DNA from: Candidatus Baldrarchaeum yapensis
Lineage (GTDB): Archaea > Asgardarchaeota > Baldrarchaeia > Baldrarchaeales > Baldrarchaeaceae
Direction: 5' to 3'
Assembly: GCA_016840465.1 (NCBI GenBank)
Contig: JAEOSH010000007.1
Coordinates: forward strand, 30,202 to 62,201
Length of the DNA: 32,000 bases
In this document: piece after piece, positions 18,066 to 27,617 of the stretch
Layout of the letters: every line of letters starts with the position of its first letter
Position numbering within the stretch: position 1 is the stretch's first letter
Notes under the pieces: model-generated
The model's database searches: none
Told to the model about the DNA's origin: nothing
The model's input: the letters and a program-made list of their open reading frames with translations, nothing else
Program-made: the position numbers and the translations under genes

Positions 18066-18350
18066 ATGGGAAAAATCGTAAAGATAATCCTGCTATTCAT
18101 CTTACTGGTGATGGTATCGACGTCCTTCTTCTTCCATTGCAATCTGTTGCTGGAACTGGAAGAATCGATTAAATACGGGTATTCTATAATAGGCTTTGAG
18201 CAGAAACCATTCATGTATAAAATAGATCTTTTACGGGGCAGTAAGGAGTATCCGGGAATATGGACACTTGATATCGCGCAAATAACTCTTTTGATATCGC
18301 TGATAATAACATTGGTTTTACTACTGTTAGATATCACTAAAAAAGAATGA
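18066..18350 (+). CDS. Small 2-TM membrane protein
   Basis: 94 aa with hydrophobic N- and C-terminal segments. Starts 4 nt after the moaA stop. Confidence 0.55.
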   Translation: MGKIVKIILLFILLVMVSTSFFFHCNLLLELEESIKYGYSIIGFEQKPFMYKIDLLRGSKEYPGIWTLDIAQITLLISLIITLVLLLLDITKKE

Positions 18351-18364
18351 ATTGGAAATTAAAG

Positions 18365-19543
18365 TCAGAACAACTTATTCGAGAGTATATGGACACACGA
18401 CACCTGGGGTCCTGCACCGCCAATGTTGTGCTGTAATCCGATCTCTGCACCCTCAACTTGCCTTTTTCCAGCCTCGTTTCTGAGTTGCCAGAAGATCTCA
18501 ACTATCTGCGCGGTCCCAGTCGCGCCTATCGGATGTCCATGAGACTTCAATCCACCACTCGGATTCACTGGCAACTTTCCGCCAAGGTATGGTATTCCCT
18601 CCTCTATGAACTTCCCTCCCTCGCCCTTCTTGCAGAATCCAAGATCCTCATAGCTTATCAACTCGGTCGGTGTGAAGCAGTCGTGCACCTCCGCGAAGTC
18701 TATGTCCTTAGGCTCTATCTTTGCCATCTTATACGCTTGTCTTGCTGCCTCAACTGTAGGTTCCATGGTAACATAAGACTTCCTTAAATGTATCAGGAAG
18801 GGGTTCGTTGCAAGCCCACTTCCCTGGACATACACTGGTGCATCCGTGTACTTCTTCGCAAGGTCTGCTCTACATACTATAACGGCGGCGGCTCCGTCAG
18901 TTATCGGGCAACAATCCAGAAGGTGCAGAGGCCACGAAACTATCGGCGACTTTAGCACATCTTCGACCTTTATTTCCCTTCTAATATGCGAATAAGGATT
19001 GAGAGCCCCATGCTTGTGGTTCTTTACCGCAATCATTGCAAAATGCTCTATTTTCGTACCGAACTCGTGCATGTGGCGTGTGGCGTAAAGAGCAAAGGCG
19101 GAAGGCATCGTTATTGCGTAAACCCATGGATAGTGAGGAACCGCACGCCCTATTGCCTCTATGAGTCCACCTGGTCTATCTAACATCTTTTCGCAAGAAA
19201 TGACCAGTACCACATCATAAAGCCCAGCGGCAACAGCCATACATGCGTTTCTAAAAGCGTCACTACCAGTTGCGCACGCATTCTCGACGCGTGTTATCGG
19301 TTTTCCTACGAGCCCTGTGACCTCGGCAACAGTGGCCCCAGTTGCCGGTCCCATAACCGTACCGTACCACACTGCCTCGATTTCCTTCTGTGGGTCGATA
19401 CCCTTATCAACGCTGTTTATACAGTTGATATAAGCCTCAGCAAGCATATCCTCGAAACTCTTGTCGTAATGTTCCCCGAAGGGTATCATCCCCGCTCCTA
19501 CTACCGCAACCTTATTCCTCAGGGATCTTATCTCGATCGACAT
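18365..19543 (-). CDS. Thiolase (archaeal/SCP2-type acetyl-CoA acyltransferase)
   Basis: VENACATG (nucleophile Cys), VKNH, CCPITDGAAA, EVHDCF and GHPIGATG. Confidence 0.93.
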   Translation of the reverse strand: MSIEIRSLRNKVAVVGAGMIPFGEHYDKSFEDMLAEAYINCINSVDKGIDPQKEIEAVWYGTVMGPATGATVAEVTGLVGKPITRVENACATGSDAFRNACMAVAAGLYDVVLVISCEKMLDRPGGLIEAIGRAVPHYPWVYAITMPSAFALYATRHMHEFGTKIEHFAMIAVKNHKHGALNPYSHIRREIKVEDVLKSPIVSWPLHLLDCCPITDGAAAVIVCRADLAKKYTDAPVYVQGSGLATNPFLIHLRKSYVTMEPTVEAARQAYKMAKIEPKDIDFAEVHDCFTPTELISYEDLGFCKKGEGGKFIEEGIPYLGGKLPVNPSGGLKSHGHPIGATGTAQIVEIFWQLRNEAGKRQVEGAEIGLQHNIGGAGPQVSCVHILSNKLF

Positions 19544-19557
19544 ATGATCACCTCACA

Positions 19558-19944
19558 CTACCTTATCGGTCTAAATTTATACCCGTATTCCACCCTTCCC
19601 TCTTCCTCGCTTATTCTCCTAAACACTATCTCCACCGGCATATCGACCTTCACTTCCTTGGGATCACATTCTGTCAGGTACCCAGTCAAACGGGCGCCAT
19701 CTTCCATCTCGACAACCGCATAAATTGCCGGAGTTTCAGCGCCCCGCGGCATTATGTAGCTTATTGTGTAGGTAACGATTTTTCCTTTCCTTGCAACCTC
19801 AACCTTTTCGAGGTCTGTGCTTCCGCATTCTATACAGATTTTCCTAGTTGGAAACATTATTTTCCCGCATTTCTTGCATTTTGAAGCTTCTAACCTATAA
19901 ATCGATGGACTCAGCCTCCAAAAATCTGGAAATGCGGTTGCCAT
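19558..19944 (-). CDS. DUF35 Zn-ribbon/OB-fold scaffold protein
   Basis: ASKCKKCGKIMFPTRKICIECGS, GKIVTYT, and VEIVFRR...YGYKFRP. Confidence 0.92.
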   Translation of the reverse strand: MATAFPDFWRLSPSIYRLEASKCKKCGKIMFPTRKICIECGSTDLEKVEVARKGKIVTYTISYIMPRGAETPAIYAVVEMEDGARLTGYLTECDPKEVKVDMPVEIVFRRISEEEGRVEYGYKFRPIR

Positions 19945-19950
19945 ACCTTA

Positions 19951-21012
19951 TCACCTCATCCCGTACATCATTTGGTATAATTTCAGAAATCTCAAATATG
20001 TCGGGTAATCGATGTACGTCTTCTTGTTGATGTACGTGTTGACTATTTTCTGCCTCTTAGCCTCTATGGCATCAGTCACCTTAATTGAAAAAGCGTCACT
20101 ACAGCCGCTACCATACGATGCCATCAATATCCTTTCTCTCGGTTTCGCCATGTCGAGTACGGCCGCCAGTGCTATTAAAACCGATGCACATCCGCAATCT
20201 CCGATGAACTGCGCAATGGGCATCATTCCGGCCATTATGTGAGCAGGTGTTAACCCGATCTTTGGTGCAAGTCTCATCAAGTAACCTCTAGGGTCAGGCG
20301 GTTCTGTGAACACGGCATACTTGAAATCGGATGGCTTGAGATTCAGTTTCTCATATAGGCTCTTGCACGCTTTCTCCACATGCATTATGTAACCAAACTC
20401 CCTCGAGAACCTTGACAAGGAAACCCTTGGCACTTGGTCCTCGACGTTCTTCCAACGCTCTGTGAAGTCAGTAGAATATGTGGCGAACCCCTCGATTTCT
20501 GCAATGATGTTGTCCTTGCCCAGAACTAGCGCAGCGGCTCCCGCACTCATTGTGAACTCCATGCCTTCCCTATCGCCAGGTGGTGGCACCAGCACATCAG
20601 TCCCTATCACGAGGCCATAATTTACTTCTCCCGATCTTATTGCGTTTACGCATGCTATAAGAGCGGCAGTACTGGCTCTCGCCGATCCTGTGAAGTCTAT
20701 CCTCTGTGCACTCGCACTTGCTCCGACAACTTCGGCAATTATCGTTGATACTTGCTTTTCCAAATACGGGCTGCTTGTTGTTCCGACGTATACTGCACCA
20801 AGTTCACTGCCATCAATTTTTGCATGCTTAATTGCGTTTAATGCCGCTTCCACGGCCATCGTGACAGCGTCCTCGTCATAATACGGCACCGTTTTTTCGC
20901 CTGGTGGCTTCATTGGTAGCTTCCAGGCCTCAGCGATGTCTGACAATTTTATCCTGCACCAGGGAATATAGACGCCGTATCCAACAATGCCCGCCTTAGG
21001 TCCATCAGACAA
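19951..21012 (-). CDS. HMG-CoA synthase-like protein lacking catalytic residues (PhlA-like pseudoenzyme)
   Basis: AGIVGYGVYIP, DEDAVTMAVEAA and SYGSG confirm the fold, but the catalytic Glu, Cys and His motifs are replaced. Probable TTG start at 21012 after a GGTGA SD; the ORF track start at 21087 spans a TATA box. Confidence 0.85.
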   Translation of the reverse strand: MSDGPKAGIVGYGVYIPWCRIKLSDIAEAWKLPMKPPGEKTVPYYDEDAVTMAVEAALNAIKHAKIDGSELGAVYVGTTSSPYLEKQVSTIIAEVVGASASAQRIDFTGSARASTAALIACVNAIRSGEVNYGLVIGTDVLVPPPGDREGMEFTMSAGAAALVLGKDNIIAEIEGFATYSTDFTERWKNVEDQVPRVSLSRFSREFGYIMHVEKACKSLYEKLNLKPSDFKYAVFTEPPDPRGYLMRLAPKIGLTPAHIMAGMMPIAQFIGDCGCASVLIALAAVLDMAKPRERILMASYGSGCSDAFSIKVTDAIEAKRQKIVNTYINKKTYIDYPTYLRFLKLYQMMYGMR

Positions 21013-21061
21013 TTTGATCACCGGAATTACATGACTAGGCAGAAAAAATGTCATAATCGCA

Positions 21062-21069
21062 TATATAAA
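21062..21069 (-). promoter_or_regulatory. Putative TATA box (TTTATATA) of the HMGCS-like/DUF35/thiolase operon
   Basis: TTTATATA on the minus strand, 50 nt upstream of TTG 21012. Confidence 0.55.
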
Positions 21070-21112
21070 GGTTCCACGGGTATGCAACTGGCGAAATTTA
21101 GGAAAATAACTT

Positions 21113-22531
21113 TCAACAACGAATATCTCCTTTCCTCAGTTTTATTCGTTCACGAACCTCAGCATATTTTGCAAGCCCGGCTAATGCCTTAACCGCTCTC
21201 TCGGGCGACGGAAACAGCGGAACTCCCTCCTCCTGCAATTTGTTCAAAAACTCCATATATTCCTTCGGGGGTGCCGTTATGGATGCAACTACCGGCTTTC
21301 CGGTCTCTTCTGCGATCTTTGCAAGTTTCCTAAGCGGTGGAAGAACTACTGGATGATACAGCGAGATGAACAAGAGAGCATCGACATTTGGATCCTTTGC
21401 AATGGCATCTAGGCACTTTTCCACGACCAGAGGATTCGTTGTCGAAACAAACCCTAAGTCAACCGGGTTTGATCTTATGGTAACTGGCGGAAGCAACTCC
21501 CCTATGATATTAGTTGTATCTTCCGAAAACTCTGCAACTTCAAGTCCATGTTCATGCAGGAAGTCCAATGCCACCATGGAAGGTCCAGCCTCCTTTGATG
21601 CGATAGCAACTCTCTTCCCTCTCGGTATTGGGCATAAAGATAGTGCCTTGGCAACGTCAAATAATTCGATACAGCTATTCACGATCACTGCACCATGTTG
21701 TTTCAGTCCTGCAATGTACAATTTGTAATTGCCTGCAAGAGCGCCCGTATGCGATAATGACGCCTTATCGCTAATCGGCATTTTACCAACCTTATAAACA
21801 ACTACAGGCTTACGCTCAGAGGCGTATTCCAATGCAGCAAGGAGTTCACGCGCATTCTCCACCCCTTCTATGTAAAGCGCGATTACTCTCGTCTGAGGGT
21901 CATCAGCAAGATAATAGAGCATATCACTGAAGTCAACGATGCACCGATTACCGAGTCCTATTATCTTTCCGAATCCAAGTCCCTCATTCATTCCATAATA
22001 CGCAATTATATGGCAGATACCACCGCTCTGACTGACTATTGAGACGTTTCCCCTCTTCACATTGCTCAATGTTGGGGTAAATGAAGCATTCATTTTTGCG
22101 TGAAGATTGACGATCCCGAATGTGTTTGGGCCGACTATTTTAATCCCATATTTTCTTCCAAGTTTTATTACTTCTTCTTGAAGCTTTATTCCCTCAGCTG
22201 ATCCCGTTTCCTTGAAACCTGCACTTATTATAACGGCGGCTCGTACACCCTTCTCTCCGGCTTCTTTTACCACGGAGGGAACAACTCTCGCCGGCGTTGT
22301 CACCACTATCATATCAACTTCTTCTGGAATGTCTTTTATCGATTTGAAGCCTGGGACATCCTGTACATTTTCGCCTCGTGGATTTACTGCAAATATCCTG
22401 CCCTCGTACCCAGACGTTTTCAAACTCATGACGACATAAAAGCCGAGGTTTTCAAGCCTTGGTGTCGCTCCTACAACGGCTATGCTTCGGGGTTCGAGCA
22501 GGGGCGAATATTCGCTTAATATGTCGGTCAA
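21113..22531 (-). CDS. acdA: ADP-forming acyl-CoA synthetase, alpha subunit
   Basis: SIAVVGA, ISAGFKE, GPNTFG, SQSGG, LYIEG, phospho-His SHTG and NPVDL. Confidence 0.88.
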   Translation of the reverse strand: MTDILSEYSPLLEPRSIAVVGATPRLENLGFYVVMSLKTSGYEGRIFAVNPRGENVQDVPGFKSIKDIPEEVDMIVVTTPARVVPSVVKEAGEKGVRAAVIISAGFKETGSAEGIKLQEEVIKLGRKYGIKIVGPNTFGIVNLHAKMNASFTPTLSNVKRGNVSIVSQSGGICHIIAYYGMNEGLGFGKIIGLGNRCIVDFSDMLYYLADDPQTRVIALYIEGVENARELLAALEYASERKPVVVYKVGKMPISDKASLSHTGALAGNYKLYIAGLKQHGAVIVNSCIELFDVAKALSLCPIPRGKRVAIASKEAGPSMVALDFLHEHGLEVAEFSEDTTNIIGELLPPVTIRSNPVDLGFVSTTNPLVVEKCLDAIAKDPNVDALLFISLYHPVVLPPLRKLAKIAEETGKPVVASITAPPKEYMEFLNKLQEEGVPLFPSPERAVKALAGLAKYAEVRERIKLRKGDIRC

Positions 22532-22627
22532 AACGTATCACCTACTCATTATCAGCAAGATAACCTATGTTAACCAATTATTTAAGTTAAGGCCGAGTCG
22601 CGAATTTCGAAATAAAAAATGAAAAGG

Positions 22628-23278
22628 CTATCTTTTGCTCTCAAGCACCCTAATTATATCGTTAAAAACTTCATCTATGCTCCTCTCTCCATTTATGTTA
22701 ATAAGTAGCCCCTTTTCCTCATAATACTTAAGTAACGGCAATGTTTGTTTTCTATAGACCTCTAATCTGTTCCTTATAACTTCCTCTTTGTCGTCATCTC
22801 TCTGATAAAGTTCTCCGCCGCACATATCGCAAATGTTATCCTCCTTGGGAGGGTCGAACATTAAATGGTAGATCTTCCCGCATTTTTTGCAAATTCTCCG
22901 GTATGACAATCTTCTTACGACCTCATCATCTGAAACTTCAAGATTTATCACCGCATCGAGTTTAATGTTCAATCTCCTAAGAAGGTCGTCAAGCGCCTCC
23001 GCCTGCGCCATTGTTCGTGGGAACCCGTCCAGTATGAATCCGTTTCTGCAGTCTTCTCTTTTCAGCCTCTCTTCAATTATTCTGATGATTATATCATCGG
23101 GAACCAGTTCGCCCCTGTCCATGTAGGATTTTGCAAGCTTCCCAAGCTCTGTCCCTCTTGCAACCTCTTCCCTCAATATGTCGCCAGTGGCGATGTGCGG
23201 TATTCCAAAAACCTCCGAAAGCTTTTTCGCCTGAGTCCCCTTGCCGGCGCCCGGCGGTCCGAACAGTATTATTCTCAT
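22628..23278 (-). CDS. adk: Adenylate kinase, long (bacterial-like) form with Zn-binding LID
   Basis: [33 protein letters not shown]...CDMC and QRDDD. Confidence 0.95.
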   Translation of the reverse strand: MRIILFGPPGAGKGTQAKKLSEVFGIPHIATGDILREEVARGTELGKLAKSYMDRGELVPDDIIIRIIEERLKREDCRNGFILDGFPRTMAQAEALDDLLRRLNIKLDAVINLEVSDDEVVRRLSYRRICKKCGKIYHLMFDPPKEDNICDMCGGELYQRDDDKEEVIRNRLEVYRKQTLPLLKYYEEKGLLININGERSIDEVFNDIIRVLESKR

Positions 23279-23288
23279 TTTCTCTCCC

Positions 23289-23744
23289 TCACATTTCCTC
23301 CTCTAGGAACCTCCTTATCCTCGGTGGTAGTTCTTCGCTTTTAACAATTTTGCGTATAGCGGAGAGTATGACCGGATGCCATCTCACGATATCGAAAAGA
23401 GTGACTATCCCTACAAGCTTCTTCCTTTCAACGATGGGGAGTTTTTTGATCCTATTGAGCACCAACTTCTTTGCGGCCTCTTCTAATGTCATAGTCGGGG
23501 TTCCGGTGACAATGGGAGTTGACATGACCTCCTCCACCTTAGTAGTATCGGGATTCTTTCCCTCAATTATGACCTTCCGCAGGACATCCCTTTCCGTCAA
23601 AATTCCAACAGGCTCGTCGTTCTTCACCACCACAACGCAACCTATCTCCTTCTCGTTCATCAGCCTCACGGCATTCTTCACGCTCTCATCGGGGGTTACG
23701 GTGACAACGTCTCGTACCATAACATCCCCAACTTTAACGCTCAT
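23289..23744 (-). CDS. Tandem CBS domain protein
   Basis: [24 protein letters not shown] and [12 protein letters not shown] 23744 follows a GGAGG SD. Confidence 0.92.
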   Translation of the reverse strand: MSVKVGDVMVRDVVTVTPDESVKNAVRLMNEKEIGCVVVVKNDEPVGILTERDVLRKVIIEGKNPDTTKVEEVMSTPIVTGTPTMTLEEAAKKLVLNRIKKLPIVERKKLVGIVTLFDIVRWHPVILSAIRKIVKSEELPPRIRRFLEEEM

Positions 23745-23833
23745 GCTCTCGCCTCCGGCGTATGTTAAAGATAGAAGTGGCAATTGATATTTATAAATCA
23801 GCGTTCGTATAAATCCAATAAGGTGGCGACGGG

Positions 23834-24661
23834 ATGATTATGCTCCTCTGGATACTTCTCATAGTGTTGGCTCTATGCGTAGTCCTAGCACTGTTCCTCT
23901 GGAACTTTCCGTGGATATTGAGGTATTACACGCTAAAAATTTTCAAGTACGATATAAAACTTGATAACAAGGCAATATTTATTTCCGATCTCCATGTAAA
24001 TGTAAATGATGCATGTGATGGTAGATTTTTGCGTGTACTTGGCGAATTTATTGTTAATGAAAACGTTAAGCGCTTAGTGATCGCGGGAGATTTCGTGAAC
24101 TTCGTGCATAAGAGCATATCCAGAGATAGACTGGAAAAAATGATAGCACAGGCCGTTAGAACGATCGGCATCCCGAAAAATTACTACATTGAAATATTTT
24201 ACGTTACTAGTACCACCTCACATGATCCTAAGGTCTCGGAGATGATAAACTTCTCCGTGGACAACGCCGAAGTGTTTGTCATCCCTGGTGCGCTAATTCT
24301 AGAGGTAAATGGGAGGACAAAGTTCTGTGTTGTACATGGTGATTACGTCTCCAGAAATGGTTTCCTATCGTCAATTTTGAACAGAATTGCTGCCATATTC
24401 GGAAGAAAATTATATCTGGAGAGAAAGTTGAAATCTGTAATAGGCTTAGACGCCGAAACATGGCTAATCATGGGGCACACGCACATGCCCGGCGTTGACC
24501 CCGCAAATAGAGTTGCAAATTGTGGTTCGTGGGGCTCCCACTTCGCACGTTACGCGACCCGTACTCTGATCCTCATGGATCGTGGGTCCCTAAAGTTGCT
24601 CAAAAATTTAGGAAACGGTTCTTGGGCTACAATCTACAAAACAAGAATAGTGATAGATTGA
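23834..24661 (+). CDS. Membrane-anchored calcineurin-like metallophosphoesterase
   Basis: N-terminal hydrophobic anchor, then FISDLH, AGDF, (TS)HD, VHGD and MGHTH. Confidence 0.8.
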   Translation: MIMLLWILLIVLALCVVLALFLWNFPWILRYYTLKIFKYDIKLDNKAIFISDLHVNVNDACDGRFLRVLGEFIVNENVKRLVIAGDFVNFVHKSISRDRLEKMIAQAVRTIGIPKNYYIEIFYVTSTTSHDPKVSEMINFSVDNAEVFVIPGALILEVNGRTKFCVVHGDYVSRNGFLSSILNRIAAIFGRKLYLERKLKSVIGLDAETWLIMGHTHMPGVDPANRVANCGSWGSHFARYATRTLILMDRGSLKLLKNLGNGSWATIYKTRIVID

Positions 24662-24814
24662 TTTATCGGTTGCAGAGTCTCATGACGGAGTGAAATGATA
24701 CAGCTCATAACACCAGAGTATGATTGTGGCAACCTCAGCTATTTATGGTTCTCCGTACGAAATATTTAACGCCGGGCGATATTAGACTAATAAAAAATGA
24801 CGGAATGAACGAAA

Positions 24815-26716
24815 ATGAGGAAGTCACGGGCAAAAGCCTCATGGAAGGATCCCTTGCAGTATTTTCCATACACGCCCCGTGAGGGACAGATCGAACTGAT
24901 GGAGTTTATTCAAGATGCGATTTCTAAGAAGAAGAACGTGTGCATACATGCGGCCACCGGTTTTGGAAAAACTCCAGTTATTCTCGCTGCGCTTCTCCCG
25001 TATGTTATTCGGAGGCGCAAATATATAGTATGGGCGGTAAGAACCGGAAATGAGACCGATAGGCCTATCGAAGAACTGAAAGAGATCGTGAAGAGGAGGG
25101 GTGTGGAAGTTTTCGGCCTATCTCTCAGGGGAAAGCGAGATATGTGCCTTATCGCAAGAGAACTTGAGGTTTCTGACTACAATTCTGTCTCAATACTATG
25201 TAAGAAGAAGAGAAAAGACTGCCCTTATTACCGTAGGGTTCAGGTAACCCCGGAAATACTGGAGGAGCCGCGGACGTTCTCCGAAATATTAACGTACGCT
25301 AAGGAAACGAAGATGTGCCCCTACTTCCTACAGATCAGCCTACTCGACCACGTGCAGGTAGTTTCGTTAAGTTACAATTACATAATCCGTGACGACTACG
25401 GATGGATTATCCGTGGCGCTCTACCGCTTCGTGATACGTTTCTCGTCGTGGATGAGGCACATAACCTCCAGTTTGCCTGTGCAAATATAAACTCTGATAG
25501 GATAACTCTGAACTCGGTGGAGCGTGCAATAAGCGAATTGAGAAAGTTTTCGTCATCGCAGACTGGAGATCTAGGCAAGAAATTGCTGAAATTGCGAAAA
25601 TACATGGTGGATATTGGAGGAAATTTAAAGAAGGATCAAGATGCAACATTCGATCCGCAGGACATGTTAGAGAAAACATCGATACTCTATGACGATATGA
25701 AATTGATGATAAAACTCGGCGACATCATTCACACTAGGCAGATAAACCTAGGAAAGGCTCCTCGCTCATCACTTTATCACTTAGGGATATTTTTGGCCAA
25801 TTTACTCGATTGCATTGATGAAGAGGGAATAGCATTTTTGGTGTACAAAGAGAATGGAAATGTTGTTTTCGAGACTTGGGATATGCGTGCTGCGGAGGTC
25901 TTAGCATATAAATGGAAGCAGTTCTATGCTTGCATATTTTGTTCCGGTACTTTATCTCCTCTCGGAGCATTTGCAGATACAGTTGGCTTGGAAAATTGGA
26001 GCGGAAAAGTAATAACGTCGTTCGCGGATACGTCTAAGGTCATGACCTTAATACTGAAAACTTTAACAACGAAGGGAGAGGAATTGGAGCCCGAAATGGC
26101 AGATAAGTACCTGAAAGCGATTAAGATGTTCTTGGAAAACTTTCCCTATAATGCTGCGATTTTCTGCGCCAGTTACCGCATACAGAACGACCTACTCCCC
26201 GGAATAAAGGAGATAACCAGTGAATTGGGCAGGCCATTGTTTGTTGAGGTAGAGGGAATGAGTGGTGACGCTGCAAAGGGAGTCCTCGAAGAATTCAAAC
26301 AGTGTGCTCATAAGGGAAGACCGGCCGTTCTTTGTGCCACGATGACTGGACGTTTTTCTGAAGGTGCAGATTTCCCAGGAAAGGAATTGGAGGGAGTATT
26401 TCTAGTGGGTATCCCGTTTGAGAAGATGACTACCCGCACGCGGCTTTATATCGACTACTACATCAGACTTTATGGAGAAGAAAAAGGACTCATGTACTCT
26501 TACGTAATTCCTGCGCTGAGAAGGGCATCACAGGCCATAGGAAGGGTCATAAGGTCAAAAGAAGACCGTGGCCTTTTCATATGCGGGGATGAGCGCTATG
26601 CGTACATGAAATACTTTCAACTACTTCCGGATTACGTTCAGGAAACGGCCCGTGTCATAAAACCTGAATATCTCCCAAGTATGATAAAGTTGTTTGAGAG
26701 AAAGACCTCGAGTTGA
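24815..26716 (+). CDS. xpd: XPD/Rad3/DinG-family ATP-dependent DNA helicase with a 4Fe-4S domain
   Basis: Q motif REGQ, ATGFGKT, four Cys (DMC, ILC, DCPY, MCPYF), DEAH, SGTL, EGADF and QAIGRVIR. Confidence 0.9.
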   Translation: MRKSRAKASWKDPLQYFPYTPREGQIELMEFIQDAISKKKNVCIHAATGFGKTPVILAALLPYVIRRRKYIVWAVRTGNETDRPIEELKEIVKRRGVEVFGLSLRGKRDMCLIARELEVSDYNSVSILCKKKRKDCPYYRRVQVTPEILEEPRTFSEILTYAKETKMCPYFLQISLLDHVQVVSLSYNYIIRDDYGWIIRGALPLRDTFLVVDEAHNLQFACANINSDRITLNSVERAISELRKFSSSQTGDLGKKLLKLRKYMVDIGGNLKKDQDATFDPQDMLEKTSILYDDMKLMIKLGDIIHTRQINLGKAPRSSLYHLGIFLANLLDCIDEEGIAFLVYKENGNVVFETWDMRAAEVLAYKWKQFYACIFCSGTLSPLGAFADTVGLENWSGKVITSFADTSKVMTLILKTLTTKGEELEPEMADKYLKAIKMFLENFPYNAAIFCASYRIQNDLLPGIKEITSELGRPLFVEVEGMSGDAAKGVLEEFKQCAHKGRPAVLCATMTGRFSEGADFPGKELEGVFLVGIPFEKMTTRTRLYIDYYIRLYGEEKGLMYSYVIPALRRASQAIGRVIRSKEDRGLFICGDERYAYMKYFQLLPDYVQETARVIKPEYLPSMIKLFERKTSS

Positions 26717-26724
26717 GCATCTCA

Positions 26725-27171
26725 CTATTTTATGAGTTCAAATACACATTCCGGCGCTCCTGCCATCTTTGTCTGCACTCTTCTTATGCCCTTTATGTTA
26801 AAGAGAGAGCCAACTCCCTCGAGGAATCCCTCAGTTATTGCACAGAGCAGGGGCTCTCCTTTTATTTTCCAAAACGGACAGTTCTTTACCTTAACACGAA
26901 TGACATTCTCCAGCTCCTCTATCTCCGGTTCTACATTCAGCCTGGACATCGAGTGCTCGAGCACCTCTTTAAGGGTTCCCGCTCCCGTGAACTTCATGAT
27001 CGCCCGTGCCACATCCACGCCATACTTTCGGGAAGAGAACCTTAAAATTCCAGTCGCTCCTTTCTCCCCGATCACGTCCTTCATTCCCTTAATTGCAACC
27101 CGGAGAAAGCTACCATAAAAGTAAAGTAACGCACTAAGTACACGAATTCTACGCCGATAGGTCTCCTCCAT
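26725..27171 (-). CDS. Stand-alone V4R / methanogen-output-domain-like protein
   Basis: RVKVKNCPF...LLCAITEGFLEG...GAPECVF Cys pattern of V4R-type domains. ATG 27171. Confidence 0.65.
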   Translation of the reverse strand: MEETYRRRIRVLSALLYFYGSFLRVAIKGMKDVIGEKGATGILRFSSRKYGVDVARAIMKFTGAGTLKEVLEHSMSRLNVEPEIEELENVIRVKVKNCPFWKIKGEPLLCAITEGFLEGVGSLFNIKGIRRVQTKMAGAPECVFELIK

Positions 27172-27617
27172 AATATCCACCCCAAACACCGAGTATCTGG
27201 ACGGCGCTCACGTACACCAAAAGTTGTCTTATTATTAAACTTAACCACACGGAAAAATCGTCGCTATAAATGTCCATTATCGAACGAGGGATTCCCTGTA
27301 AATGACATCGCCATCTACTCAAGAAAGCATCATGAAACTTTTCCTATGAGCATTTTAACAACCTTTAAGGAACCGTAAATCACATGGAGACGGAGGTGGT
27401 GGCCAGCCTTGGGCAGATAACTCGCTTGTGAGCACACCTTATATTTGCAAACCTGCAGGTATCGTTACGGAAATAATTCGACCTCGGAAATGTTTGTATG
27501 TCAGAGTGTGTACCATGATTACATCGATCTTCCACGGATGTTCTTGCCGTAGTACCCGAATATAAACAACCGCCGCTTCCAGACTCTCTAATGAGCCCAA
27601 TAGAGGGTGCATCGGAG

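Noticed and set aside
22628-23278. Bacterial-type Zn-LID adenylate kinase as possible HGT
   Set aside because: This form is known in several archaeal groups, and there are no mobility signals nearby.
27190-27590. About 400-bp gap with a Cys/His-containing minus-strand ORF tail and possible hairpins (riboswitch/ncRNA idea)
   Set aside because: No convincing start or SD, no stable long stem and no known RNA motif seen.
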